The notes beneath the pieces were generated by a model. That model saw only the letters and a list, made by a program, of their open reading frames with translations, was not told the DNA's origin and did not search any database. Source: an uncultured Nitrososphaeraceae archaeon (GTDB taxonomy: Archaea; Thermoproteota; Nitrososphaeria; Nitrososphaerales; Nitrososphaeraceae). From it: 64,000 bases of DNA. This document shows, one piece after another, positions 1-10,646 of the stretch. The stretch covers positions 64,001 to 128,000 of the forward strand of contig CAVSMN010000015.1 in the NCBI GenBank assembly GCA_963729045.1, given 5' to 3'. Both the position numbers and the translations under genes were made by a program. Position 1 is the stretch's first letter. Every line of letters begins with the position of its first letter.

Positions 1-366
1 GTCGACAATGACAAGAACGTACGGAATATGTTTTCCAATAAGAACGGTGACTCTGGTGACAAATCATCAGTAGAGTCTATTGTTCACACCGAATCACTTT
101 GCATGGATGATAGCTGGTTAGAATTCAAAACTGGAATATTTGACTTTCACGCACTAAAACCGAAGTTGATTCTGTTATCTACCGATGGATATTGCAATTC
201 CTTTAACAATGAATCTGGCTTTCTTAAAATTGGACTGGATTACTTAGCCCTATTGGAGGAATACGGCTATTCATACTTGAGCGAGAATCTTTACGACATA
301 TTAAGACAAACCTCTCGAGAAGGTAGTGGTGATGATATAACTCTTGGTTTGATATATCATATATAG
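1..366 (+). CDS. PP2C-type Ser/Thr protein phosphatase, C-terminal part (5'-truncated by window edge)
   Basis: Frame is open from base 1. Metal-binding motifs LILLSTDG and GSGDDIT are typical of PP2C/PPM phosphatases. Confidence 0.8.
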   Translation, partial: VDNDKNVRNMFSNKNGDSGDKSSVESIVHTESLCMDDSWLEFKTGIFDFHALKPKLILLSTDGYCNSFNNESGFLKIGLDYLALLEEYGYSYLSENLYDILRQTSREGSGDDITLGLIYHI

Positions 367-434
367 ACCATTAGCCGCTTAATGTTGGGATAAAAACCAT
401 TAAAGATCTGTTTCTTTTACAGATTGTTTCATTA

Positions 435-1805
435 TTAGCTGAAGTTACTAATCATCGCCTTACCCAGCTCTGTTTTAAAATTGTCTACCTTTTGATTCAC
501 TCCATTCAAACTGTGAAACTCTATGTCATTCTTCTGTGAGCTTCCAGAATTGGAGTGCAGTCCTGATTCATTAACATTTTGCAATAGGGACTGGTTATCG
601 CTATTTATCTGAAGATTCAATTCTTTTTCTATATTATTTGTGAAGTCTGAAATTGATTCTTTGTGAGAAGTAATACTCGATGATTCAGATCCATCATTTG
701 TTGGATCGATATTATTAGTGGATACATCATTAATCAACTGGGAATTGTTCCCTAGAGGATTTACTTGAAGATTGCCATCTGTTCCGAAAATCATATACGC
801 AGCAATACATGTTGTCACGAATACCGCAGCTATTACTACCCCTAAAAAGTACAATTTCATAGGCTTTTTAAAACCACTATTCAAATTTGATACTTGACCG
901 ATAACTTGATTAGATCTCGCATTGCTGCTAGAATAAAGTAGTATCTCTCTAGTATTATTCCTTCTCTTAATTATGAATTCATCATGGGGATCTATTGCTA
1001 GTGCTTTGTCGTAGCATTCTAATGCTTCTACAAATTTTCCCTGGTTATGAAGAGACAACCCTTTATTTGATAAAACATTTGAATTCTGGGGATCTATTGC
1101 TAGTGCTTTGTCGTAGCATTCTAATGCTTCTACAAATTTTCCCTGGTTATGTAACATTATTCCGTTTTCATATAACTGGTTTAGATCGGTTGCGTTCACC
1201 ATTATTAGATTTGAGATTGGATTACATTGGGATATTTCCCCTTGTTGGATGCCCTCATCCAAATTCGCAACATAATTACCGAGCATTAAATATCTTTCTG
1301 TTCTAATACCATTAGTTAAATTATTATAATCCAATTCGGTCATCAGGTCAAATCCAATAGACCAAGCAATAGTCACCCAGGCAGCAGATTTATCATCCAA
1401 TCCATAATCTGAGGATAATCTTGTCATCATGTTGTAAATCTTATTTTCAGTATCATTATCAAAGATATTGCATTCCCGAATATCGGTTATTCTAGCCCTA
1501 AGGGCAGTTGTGAGCAAAAATATTTCCTTCTTGTTTTCAGAACCGTATATATCTTTGAGTAGGCCTTCAAACCTGCTAGGCTCGCTTAAAAGAACCGAGT
1601 AATCCACGACGATCTTTTTTAACAACTTGCCAGTAACTGTGATAGAAGCATACCCCTCAAACATATTCTTCAGTTCTAACCCCTGCTCCCAGATGACTGC
1701 TAAATACTCTTTATGGTATTTGTAAAATAATGTGCTAACACCCTTTTCTAAGATTTTAATGAGATCTGTTAATTTCTTTGAATTCATGAAAGCAAAACTT
1801 AACAT
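435..1805 (-). CDS. TPR-repeat membrane protein
   Basis: Two TPR units (HNQGKFVEALECYDKALAIDP), one TM helix (LYFLGVVIAAVFVTTCIAAYMIFG) and an N/S-rich C-terminal tail. Confidence 0.75.
   Translation of the reverse strand: MLSFAFMNSKKLTDLIKILEKGVSTLFYKYHKEYLAVIWEQGLELKNMFEGYASITVTGKLLKKIVVDYSVLLSEPSRFEGLLKDIYGSENKKEIFLLTTALRARITDIRECNIFDNDTENKIYNMMTRLSSDYGLDDKSAAWVTIAWSIGFDLMTELDYNNLTNGIRTERYLMLGNYVANLDEGIQQGEISQCNPISNLIMVNATDLNQLYENGIMLHNQGKFVEALECYDKALAIDPQNSNVLSNKGLSLHNQGKFVEALECYDKALAIDPHDEFIIKRRNNTREILLYSSSNARSNQVIGQVSNLNSGFKKPMKLYFLGVVIAAVFVTTCIAAYMIFGTDGNLQVNPLGNNSQLINDVSTNNIDPTNDGSESSSITSHKESISDFTNNIEKELNLQINSDNQSLLQNVNESGLHSNSGSSQKNDIEFHSLNGVNQKVDNFKTELGKAMISNFS
985..1151. repeat. 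Intragenic TPR direct repeat, 65 bp identical, period 102 bp
   Basis: 985-1049 is identical to 1087-1151. Confidence 0.9.
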
Positions 1806-2260
1806 AAGTAAAGTTCTATCTATTTACTAATATCGATTTAAATCAATTTTTAAAAAAATTATTCAGTGGTTATTGTCATGATGGAATTGTAAAGAATATA
1901 GTGCAGTAATTATTTCTTGAAATAGTTTTGTCAAATATTGTTATCAATCAATATCTTCTCTTGGTTGGGGAAATCGTGGATAAGTTTGCAAAGGGATAAA
2001 GGATTCTAAATCCCAGACTCGATCACTCTTTAGGATAGTACAGATTAAAACAGTCATTACACACTATCTCTCTGTATTTAGAGTATTTTTGATTCTTGTT
2101 TACCTTAGTGTTAATCACTGTAAGGTCCACTTTACAAACAATACATGACTTTGATGTTCTACTTTGTAATACCATGGCATAATTCATTATATGATATTAC
2201 AATAGTGATATTTAAGTTAAATAAAGCCTTGCCAATCACATATGACTCACTTTGACTCTT

Positions 2261-3394
2261 TTATATTATGTCTAATTTGGTGTCACTTAAGAAGATCGTA
2301 TCAAATTCTTTGACATTTGCCTTAACCACCAGAACTCCTTTCACAAAATCATCAATCGATCCAAATCCAAAAATCAGGCCATTATCAATTTTATTTCCAA
2401 ATCCCACAAAGCGGTTTTTTAGAAATTCGTTATCGGGAACATATAATATTTTTTCATTAATTACATTTGAAGACTCGTATCCCTTTAGGTATTTTATTTC
2501 TGAAAAAAATCTATTTCTATAGTAAATATAATTGATTCTAGAAAGATCTAATTTCATGATTACTACTTTATCCTTTGTCAAAAATTTACAAAAAGTTTTC
2601 ATTCTTTTCGCATATCTTTCCGTGAGGGATCTGTTATTTACAACTCCTTGCCTTTCTCCATACATGAAATTCATTTTCAGGTTTGTTGGAAGATGGCTAA
2701 ATAATTCCAGTAGATTTCTGTCCATATTTGGGCCACCAAGATATATTATGCAATCAGGCTGTATTTTTTTCAGCAGATCGATCTTGTGTACCAGCCCGTT
2801 CCCTTTTATATAGCCATCAGTATTTATGATCGACAAATCATGCTTTAATGAGGTATCTAATTGCCGGCGAATATTTGAAATAATTTTAGACTCGTACCCG
2901 ACGGGTTGAATGCCGCCAATAAAATTGGTACAATTTGTTTTTACCTTCCATAGGTCTACTTCCGGGAAATTCATTACTGCCGCTCCCAAGCAAGTCGGTG
3001 GCGCCAAATCGCCCTGACCCACGTCTGCATCTATTAACAATGGCCTTAAACCGTGGCTGATAAACACATTTGCCATATACAATGAAAGGGTGGATTTACC
3101 TGAATTGGAGGGTCCAATTATTATGATTCTCTTTTTTTCTTGTTTCAATACGTTTCTCACAAGGTCTTTCCAAATTGAGATTCCAAAATTTTTGTGGTGC
3201 TCATTGGTCTCATAGTTATAATGATTCCAACTCCTTCCCCTAATTATCGATAAGATAGAACTGTTATTCTTTTCAACTGGAATGATTCTACTACTTTCCC
3301 ATCCGATGCATTCATTCTTGCATTTGACTCCTAATATGCTACATTCTCCTTTTATCTCAAGTAGTACTGGACCCTTTATCAGTACAGTTTTCAA
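2261..3394 (-). CDS. Clp1/Grc3-family polynucleotide 5'-kinase
   Basis: Walker A GPSNSGKST, DADVGQGDLAPP and INTDG motifs of the Clp1/Nol9 family. Confidence 0.85.
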   Translation of the reverse strand: MKTVLIKGPVLLEIKGECSILGVKCKNECIGWESSRIIPVEKNNSSILSIIRGRSWNHYNYETNEHHKNFGISIWKDLVRNVLKQEKKRIIIIGPSNSGKSTLSLYMANVFISHGLRPLLIDADVGQGDLAPPTCLGAAVMNFPEVDLWKVKTNCTNFIGGIQPVGYESKIISNIRRQLDTSLKHDLSIINTDGYIKGNGLVHKIDLLKKIQPDCIIYLGGPNMDRNLLELFSHLPTNLKMNFMYGERQGVVNNRSLTERYAKRMKTFCKFLTKDKVVIMKLDLSRINYIYYRNRFFSEIKYLKGYESSNVINEKILYVPDNEFLKNRFVGFGNKIDNGLIFGFGSIDDFVKGVLVVKANVKEFDTIFLSDTKLDII

Positions 3395-3835
3395 TATCCC
3401 CTTTTGTTATTTACATGCTATTCTATTTATAAAGAATTTTTTCATTCGAGTTTTTTTTCTAATTTTGTTCTATATTCCCTGTTTTCGCTTGGTAGGGGGA
3501 TTTCATTGATCAGGAATCAAAAATAACACAAAATTAAGTGAGATTCCAATTCAACAAGTTTTGGTAAAGACAGATTAGACCGATTTAGTGATTAGGCACT
3601 TGTGGAGGGAGGCATCAAATCTCTGATCATGGTCATATTGTTATATCCAAAACTAAAGTCCAGCTATTGTGTATTACCTTTTACGATTTTATTAGTCTAG
3701 TTTGACTGTGTCTAAAATATTTGTATTTCCACCATAATGACGTCTTAATCAACCGATTATCCTTATTTGGCCAACCACAGATGATAGTAGACTATCAGAA
3801 ACCGGTATTTACTATTTAATAATTAAATAACCAAT

Positions 3836-4279
3836 GTGAAAATAAATAGCATGCAAGGAACAAGAAAAATAGCATCGGAGGTCCTAGTATCTGTGGCACT
3901 TGCGCTATTAGTAATATATATTCTTGATGTCGGTGTTTCGATGTTAAGTCATTCAGAAGATGGCTTTTTGCCTCTCTCAGCCAAAGAAAGAGGAATGATT
4001 TTTGGCGGTGGATCAATTTTATTATTTGTAATTTCGTTTGGGATTGGAATAAATGTGGCATCTAGACTTCTAACTGTTTTATTAATCATAGGCGGTGCTA
4101 TCATGGGTACTTCCGTATTGATATCGTCATTTATTGCCCCAACACAAGATAGTAATAGCATGAATTCATCTTCTGATAGCGGACAGTCGCAAGGATTACC
4201 ACCTCAATTCATTGGGGTAATAGTAATAGGGTATATTATTATGGGGATGGGAATCCTTAGGATATTGAGGAAAAAATAG
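3836..4279 (+). CDS. Hypothetical membrane protein (about 4 TM helices)
   Basis: Four hydrophobic segments with a Ser-rich loop. The true start may be the ATG at 3851. Confidence 0.65.
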   Translation: MKINSMQGTRKIASEVLVSVALALLVIYILDVGVSMLSHSEDGFLPLSAKERGMIFGGGSILLFVISFGIGINVASRLLTVLLIIGGAIMGTSVLISSFIAPTQDSNSMNSSSDSGQSQGLPPQFIGVIVIGYIIMGMGILRILRKK

Positions 4280-4905
4280 AACGTAGAAGCGTACTATCCT
4301 TCCTATTGTTTTGTTATACCTATTCCTAAATTAAAAGAGAGACACTGAATAATTATCTAAAATATGATATATGATGATAATAATGTGCTATACAAACTTT
4401 CTCTATTTACCTTATAATGTCATTATTTCCATTAAATGTCGGATCACTAGTGCTGTATGTCACTATCTTTAGATTCCTTTAAACCTATATCTTGTTCTCC
4501 CACCCTAGTCGTTTACTACTTATCATTAAAAAGATATAATGATATATCCAACTTTTCATATCTTACTACTTCATATGGATCACATAAAATAACATTATTT
4601 TGATATCATCTAGTAGAATTTTCCATAATCTGTATGTGGTTACAATCCAAGATCATTAGTGCTCATGACTCCCCAAGTAAATTGCAAGTATGTTTTTCAA
4701 AAATCATCAGGTCGTTAAATAAATAAAACTCAACCTGTATATAATTTCGTTTGTTATTGTGTACCTATATTTGATAACAATAACTGTTATTTGTATTGGT
4801 GTAATAAGATCAGTCATTCGAATTATTGTCATCTATCCATTAGCTTGATCTGCTATGATCCTTCCAATCATTAATCTCGAGTGATTAGTATATGACACAT
4901 AGTGG

Positions 4906-5754
4906 TTACTTTGATTTCGAGAGGTTTTTTTTCTTTTCTAAGATCATGTTATTAGCGATGTTGATGTAGTTTTTATCAATCTCAGTACCAATATAGTTGA
5001 TACCAAGTTCGATGCATGCCAATGCAGTATGACCAATACCTATAAAAGGATCATATACTATAAAGTCTTTATTAGAATATCCATGAAGTTTAATACAAAG
5101 ACTAGCTAGTTTCTCAGGAAAAATGGCAGGATGGGATCTGCTGGATTGGATGGTTGGATAAGATATGAACCATACATTCCCTCTGTCTCTCTTGTCCTGC
5201 TCTACTGATTTCCATCTTTTGATGTTTGATTTATCCTGATAGGGAACACCTATTGACAATTTCTCTAAATTTAGATTTCCAGTTTTAGTAAAGTGAAAAA
5301 TATATTCATGTGTATTAGTTAAATACCTGCTACTTCTGATCGGTTTAAAATGACCTATCGAAAAACCAGTTTTGCAAATCTGGTTATTATTTCCTATGTC
5401 TTCTTTTTCAATGGATATAGACTTTATCCAGTGAATGGTATTTTGCAATTTATAACCTGCAGAAATAAACTTGTTTAGAACAAGGTACGGGAATTAGAGG
5501 TTCAGCAGAGGTTCCACCGATATTGAGAAAAAAGGATCCATTAGGTTTTAGAATCCAAAAACTCCTTTGAGCTACCACAAACAGCCAATCTAAGTAGTCA
5601 TCAGTCTTTTTCTATCGTGATAGGAACTATAGTTTTTTCCAATATTATACGGGGGTGAAGTAATAATTATATCTATCTTGAATCTGTCCTCTTTTCTAAT
5701 TTTTTCCATAAACAAGTTACAATCTTCGCAATAAATCTGATTAATTGAAATCAA
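4906..5754 (-). CDS. Site-specific DNA methyltransferase (N4-C/N6-A, beta class), interrupted by two compensating indels
   Basis: TTG start at 5754 gives [12 protein letters not shown]...[12 protein letters not shown] (catalytic SPPY). The C-terminal ORF has HPAIFP and YDPFIGIG (SAM binding). One A is missing in the run at about 5607-5611 and one extra base sits at about 5490, which puts a TAG in frame. Confidence 0.85.
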
Positions 5755-5997
5755 TCAGCTCTAATATGCTATAGCGCTTTTAAAATTTTTTTACTAATCT
5801 TAGATATTTTTGTTATACGGGAGTGATACTAATCTCAAAGTGGCCACAGGACAATAAGACTAGGAATTAAGTGGAAGGGCATCTAAGAGACACTTTGATC
5901 TTTTTACTCATCATAGAAAATAATTTAATTAATTCGATTGACAAATCAATTTTCGATAAGTAAATTTGTGTAATTAAATCATCTTCTATTATTACTA

Positions 5998-7749
5998 CTA
6001 CTTTAGTTGACCCTTGTATATTTCAAAAATGTCTTTGACTGTTGTAGCATCCTCCGCAGACTTATCTTCTCTAATTTTCCCAGTAAATTTTGGAAATCTA
6101 AGTGCTAGACCATATCCGGGCTTCATTTTATTAATTGCAGTTGTGTAAACAGGACTCAAGGTTATTTCAGGGGAAATGATCTCTAAAACTATTTTGGGTT
6201 CGAACCATGTATCCATTTTTGTAATTCCGGATTCCACTCTAGAATGTTTATGTTTGATGATGTACCTGTTGAGCTTGTCAGTTATGTCTAGGAGAACATT
6301 ATCAGTAAATCCAGTTCCTACTTTACATATAGTACAGAAGATATCCCTATCTGGATCATAGGTAGCTAACAACAACGCCCCGTATTTTCCAACCCTCCTT
6401 CCCTTCCCATGTAAAGCCCCTACAACTACTAGATCAACTGAATCAGTAACTTCTCCAGAATACTCTTTCTTATATTTCATCCAAGCCCATTCTCTGGCTC
6501 CGGCCCTATACTGGCTACTGGGGTTCTTTACCATAATTCCTTCGCAACCATTCTTGAGAGCCTTTTCCGTGTAGTTTTCAATTTCTTCAAATCTTGAAAC
6601 TTTGATTTGATCTATTAATTTAATTTTACCACTCATTTGCTGTGTACCAAATATTTTTACAAGTAACTTTCTGCGTTCGAGTAGGGGTAGGTGAGTCTTG
6701 TCAAGACCATTAAAGTATAGCAAATCAAATAAGTTCAATATTACAGGATAAGCCGCAGTAATTTCTTGAATATTGTACTTCCTTCTTCTCCGCATTAAAG
6801 TTTGGAATGGAAGATATTTATTGTTAGCAGGATTAATTGCAACAACTTCACCCTCTGCTATCAAATCCTTGGTCTCTATTTTATCTAACTCCTTTACAAT
6901 ATCAGGAAAATTTGAAGTCACATTTTCCAAGCTTCTAGTAAATAGTTCAATCTTTTTTCCCTTTTTATGGATTTGAATTCTTTCGCCATCGATCTTGAAT
7001 TCTGCTAATGCATCGCCATTAATTTTTTCCAGGGCCTCTAATGGATTTGACACTCTTTCTGCGAGCATTGGTCGAATGGGGATAAATAAAGAAATGGAGA
7101 TCGACCGGATATCCTCAAGTGATCCTTTAGACAGTATTAATGCAATTTTTCCTAAATCACTAGAAACATTATAGGCTCTTTCTAGTATTTGTCTGTTTTT
7201 TTTATCTCCTGTGAACGTTAGAGCTATTGCATCAAGAAGAGTAAAGTTTGCAATACCTAATCTTAAATTTCCTAGAATTAGTTTGACTATGAATTTTGCT
7301 TCAATATCGGAGGAGTTGTTCAATAAACTCACAATAAATCTGAGTTTAACGTCTAACGATCCTGTCCCAGATACATTGGTAATCTTTAATAATGTTTCGA
7401 ATACGTTTTCGATAGTTAGTAGTTGTTGAATTAATGTGGTTTGTATCTTGTTCTTCAAGATATTATAAGCGACGTCTCCCAAATCTCCGACATCAGAATA
7501 TTTCTTTTGGATTTCGGTAGGTGAATGACCACTTACAAGTGACAGTGACTTAATTATCAGTTTATCGGCGATTCCCAATTCACTCGATTCATAATCTGGT
7601 CCTATTTTTCCCTGAATTAAATAAACTATTTTATCGATTATATCAGTAGGTGTTTTTTTTAATATTGATACTAGATGATCAGTAAGTTCTAACCTACTAG
7701 TAGTTTTCTCCATTATTGCAAAGGTTTCAGCTAGTTCTAGAAAATTCAC
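5998..7749 (-). CDS. lig: ATP-dependent DNA ligase
   Basis: KIDGERIQIH (motif I), EGIMVK, W-x-KYK and RFPKF motifs; length typical of the archaeal enzyme. Confidence 0.97.
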   Translation of the reverse strand: MNFLELAETFAIMEKTTSRLELTDHLVSILKKTPTDIIDKIVYLIQGKIGPDYESSELGIADKLIIKSLSLVSGHSPTEIQKKYSDVGDLGDVAYNILKNKIQTTLIQQLLTIENVFETLLKITNVSGTGSLDVKLRFIVSLLNNSSDIEAKFIVKLILGNLRLGIANFTLLDAIALTFTGDKKNRQILERAYNVSSDLGKIALILSKGSLEDIRSISISLFIPIRPMLAERVSNPLEALEKINGDALAEFKIDGERIQIHKKGKKIELFTRSLENVTSNFPDIVKELDKIETKDLIAEGEVVAINPANNKYLPFQTLMRRRRKYNIQEITAAYPVILNLFDLLYFNGLDKTHLPLLERRKLLVKIFGTQQMSGKIKLIDQIKVSRFEEIENYTEKALKNGCEGIMVKNPSSQYRAGAREWAWMKYKKEYSGEVTDSVDLVVVGALHGKGRRVGKYGALLLATYDPDRDIFCTICKVGTGFTDNVLLDITDKLNRYIIKHKHSRVESGITKMDTWFEPKIVLEIISPEITLSPVYTTAINKMKPGYGLALRFPKFTGKIREDKSAEDATTVKDIFEIYKGQLK

Positions 7750-7920
7750 TAGAGAATCCTTATAAAATTAGATTATTAATTTTTGTGAAGCTATTATTGT
7801 TGAAAAGTGAACCTGTTATTGAAGTTTTACTTACATTAAGGAGACACGCATCACCAGAAGTATAATCATTTGACAAGTTGATAGTTTTTATACGAAGTTG
7901 ATACACGCTATTGTATTAAT

Positions 7921-8379
7921 ATGAGTAGCGTAAGTGAGATAATGTCCTTTAGGGAGCCATGGACAATTGCTGCATATTCCAATAAAACTGCGCGCGATGT
8001 AGCTGCTATTCTAACCAAAAATCGTATAGGATCCTTAATTGTGATAGATAAGGACAATACACCAATTGGAATTATTACTGAAAGCGACTTAGTCAAACGG
8101 GTTTGTTTGGAGAATTATTATGCCGATAAAGTTCTTGTCGAAGAGATCATGTCTTCTCCATTAATTACTATTATGACTTATGATTCAGTTGATACCGCGT
8201 CTAGAATCATGCTTTCAAATAAGATCAAGCGATTACCTGTTTTAGAGGCCGATAATCGCATTATTGGGATAATAAGTGTTACTGATATTACACACCACCT
8301 TGCCAAAATACTGCTTGATGATTATAATAGGCATAGATCTTTGAAGAAAATCCTGGAAATGAACGATGTATCAAATTAG
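7921..8379 (+). CDS. CBS-domain pair protein
   Basis: IGSLIV..PIGIITESD and IKRLPV..IIGIISVTD CBS repeats. Confidence 0.9.
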   Translation: MSSVSEIMSFREPWTIAAYSNKTARDVAAILTKNRIGSLIVIDKDNTPIGIITESDLVKRVCLENYYADKVLVEEIMSSPLITIMTYDSVDTASRIMLSNKIKRLPVLEADNRIIGIISVTDITHHLAKILLDDYNRHRSLKKILEMNDVSN

Positions 8380-8827
8380 AAATAAATGTTTGAACTGGTT
8401 TCTCTATCAGAAGTACAAGAAAATTCACTCTGGTAATATCTTCAAAAATTCTATAAAATAGAAGGAAGGTATTTTTTACAAATTTCAATCACCCATGTTT
8501 AGTGGTGAAGCGCTAGACAATTGTCGTTGCAAACTCAAATTTCGAATAGAGGGTAATTATGGGGATGTTCTATCCCTTCTTGCCATTGATTTATTATCCA
8601 AAAATTTAATTAAATCCAAAATAGGAGTAGTGGGTGTCAGAGCGGTATTTCAAATACTTGTTGTTAACACATGGTTTACCAATGATTCATCATGGTTCAC
8701 TCATGGTTAGCCCATGAGGATGCAATACTAGATAATCAACATGGAGACTATAGTACCATCGCACTTGTAGGAAAATATTGTTGAATGGAAATGGTTAAAT
8801 TATGTTGATATTTTTTATTAATAAAAT

Positions 8828-8902
8828 GCCTTGGTAGCTCAGCCTGGCCAGAGCGTTGCCTTGGTAAGGCAAAGGTCGCGGGTTCAATTCCCGCCCAAGG
8901 CT
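8828..8902 (+). tRNA. tRNA-Thr(GGU)
   Basis: Cloverleaf: GCCTTGG/CCAAGGC acceptor stem, GCTC/GAGC D stem, TTGCC-TT GGT AA-GGCAA anticodon arm, GCGGG-TTCAATT-CCCGC T arm. Confidence 0.96.
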
Positions 8903-9815
8903 TTCTTTTTAGACCTAAAGAAAGCCAATTTGAACTTGTTAGTGAACACGTTGTTAATGAAGACACCTTACCAGAATCGGTAAGAAAAAAATGCTAATAT
9001 AGGCCATCAAATTGATTGGTCTCGTTATAAAGCGTATCTTGGAAAGAATTTTAGCTAACATATTGCTAAAGCTCGTTTTTCTTATTCAATCAAATACTAT
9101 CAAATTCTTGCAACTGGTGATGCATCAAATCTTGTTGTTTTGTCATTTGATAAGAGAATGCATATTATGAAGGCTTTGGCTACGCTTTCCAAGTTTTTGG
9201 GTTGCTATGATAAATGGAAGGAAATAGTACAGAATTATCAGTTGAAGTGGTCTGATAGTGGCAACGTGGCCGGCTTTTCTAAAGGATTAGAGATATTCCA
9301 AAAGATTTATGGGAATGACAATTACCAAGAAATGATTATTCAACTAAAGGATGCATGTTTAGACTTGACAGGAAATATTCATCTGTTTTGTTATATTGTG
9401 TTTTAACGGGTTGCGGTCGGCTGAAGCATGCAGCAGTTTGCGACTACTTAGAGAAAGAAATGATGGTTATCTAGAAAGAGAAAGCAAACTTTTAGAGCAT
9501 TTTAGATTTCCTTCTGTCTTTTTGAGCCGGACCAAAAATGCATACATATCTATTGTATTTGAAAAGTTGTTGGAGTTGATGACCCATTCTTCACCAGTAT
9601 CCTATAATTCGTTGAGGCTGGCTTTGAGACGTAAAGAGATAAAGATGAATATATCAATATGTCGCAAGATTTTTGCCGCATTTTTGAGAAATGAAGGTGT
9701 GGAACAGGAAATGATCGATTTACTTCAAGGTAGAATTCCTAAATCTGTTTTTGTTAGACACTATTATAGACCTGACATGTCAAAATTTGAAGAGATTAGA
9801 GTAGAAGTTAACTAA
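8872..9815 (+). pseudogene. SSV1-type tyrosine integrase, C-terminal fragment, degraded
   Basis: The frame is open through the tRNA 3' half (KVAGSIPAQGF...). After a shift in the A7 run at about 8985-8991 it continues IDWSRYKAYL, with an in-frame TAA at 9056-9058 and further shifts near 9360-9410. Catalytic-domain motifs GLRSAEA, RKIFAAFL, LLQGR and RHYY are present. Confidence 0.85.
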
Positions 9816-9915
9816 ATTACATGATATTGATAGTGAAATGAAATGAGTAATGTTTCAGAAGTTGGACCGCCAATCTTCCAATTTGGGTGAATAAAATGGA
9901 TGACCTTGTAGTGCT

Positions 9916-10013
9916 AGGGGGTGTTTTTTCTTACAGCAGTTCCGCAAAGTTTGTCTCCGTTTTATGTCAGAATCGATGACAAGACCTTAGAGCTGTAAGA
10001 AAAAACACCCCCT
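9916..10013. repeat. 98-bp unit bounded by a perfect 22-bp inverted repeat (MITE-like or recombination site)
   Basis: AGGGGGTGTTTTTTCTTACAGC at 9916-9937 and its exact reverse complement at 9992-10013. Confidence 0.9.
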
Positions 10014-10224
10014 TAGTCGTTATTGTTGATCTACCTGTCAGTCTGACCATTTTTGAGAATTTGAACTTCTTGGTATAAAAAAGATGGATAAATTAGCACT
10101 TTTTTCCACAAAAAGGTTTTGGCGACGGCAAGAATTCAAATACTTTTGACTTTGTGGTCTTGAGAATTTAAGTATACTTTTGATCCCTTGATGATTTTTA
10201 TATTTTCTATATGTATGAACAATC

Positions 10225-10631
10225 ATGAGTAGTACAAACACTTCCTCAAACCTAAAAGGTTCACGCGGTCAGATTGAAATTTTCCTCTATCGGGCCCCCA
10301 AGAAAAACCATGATGGGATGGTAGAAGTTAACAGACAGTCTCGAGATTTTTTCATCAAACATGGTGCATCTAGCTTTGAAGTATTTTCTCTTACAGTAGA
10401 GAAAACATGATGGAATTTGTAAATTTATCTAAAACAATTTCAGCCAGCGAAGATGAAGAAGTTTGGCTTGAAATACAATCCTACAGAGATGCAGAGCATG
10501 TAAAAGAATTTACTGCTAGTATGCAAGGAGACAAAAGTGCTGAACCAATCTACAAACAATTCATGGAACTAATTACTCCAGGCTCCATAGTCTCATTTGG
10601 TGGCTTTGGCAAGATTGAGGAAATATCCTAA
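10225..10631 (+). CDS. DUF1428 (YbaA-like) family protein, frameshifted near 10393
   Basis: Two overlapping ORFs join into FLYRAPKKN..HGA..EEVWLEIQSYRDAEH..FGGF. Adding one base at CTTACA restores the frame. Confidence 0.7.
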
Positions 10632-10646
10632 CTCGGAGATATTGAA

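Noticed and set aside
8748..8966. 72-aa minus-strand ORF
   Set aside because: Antisense shadow of tRNA-Thr (AGIEPAT is the translated T-arm complement).
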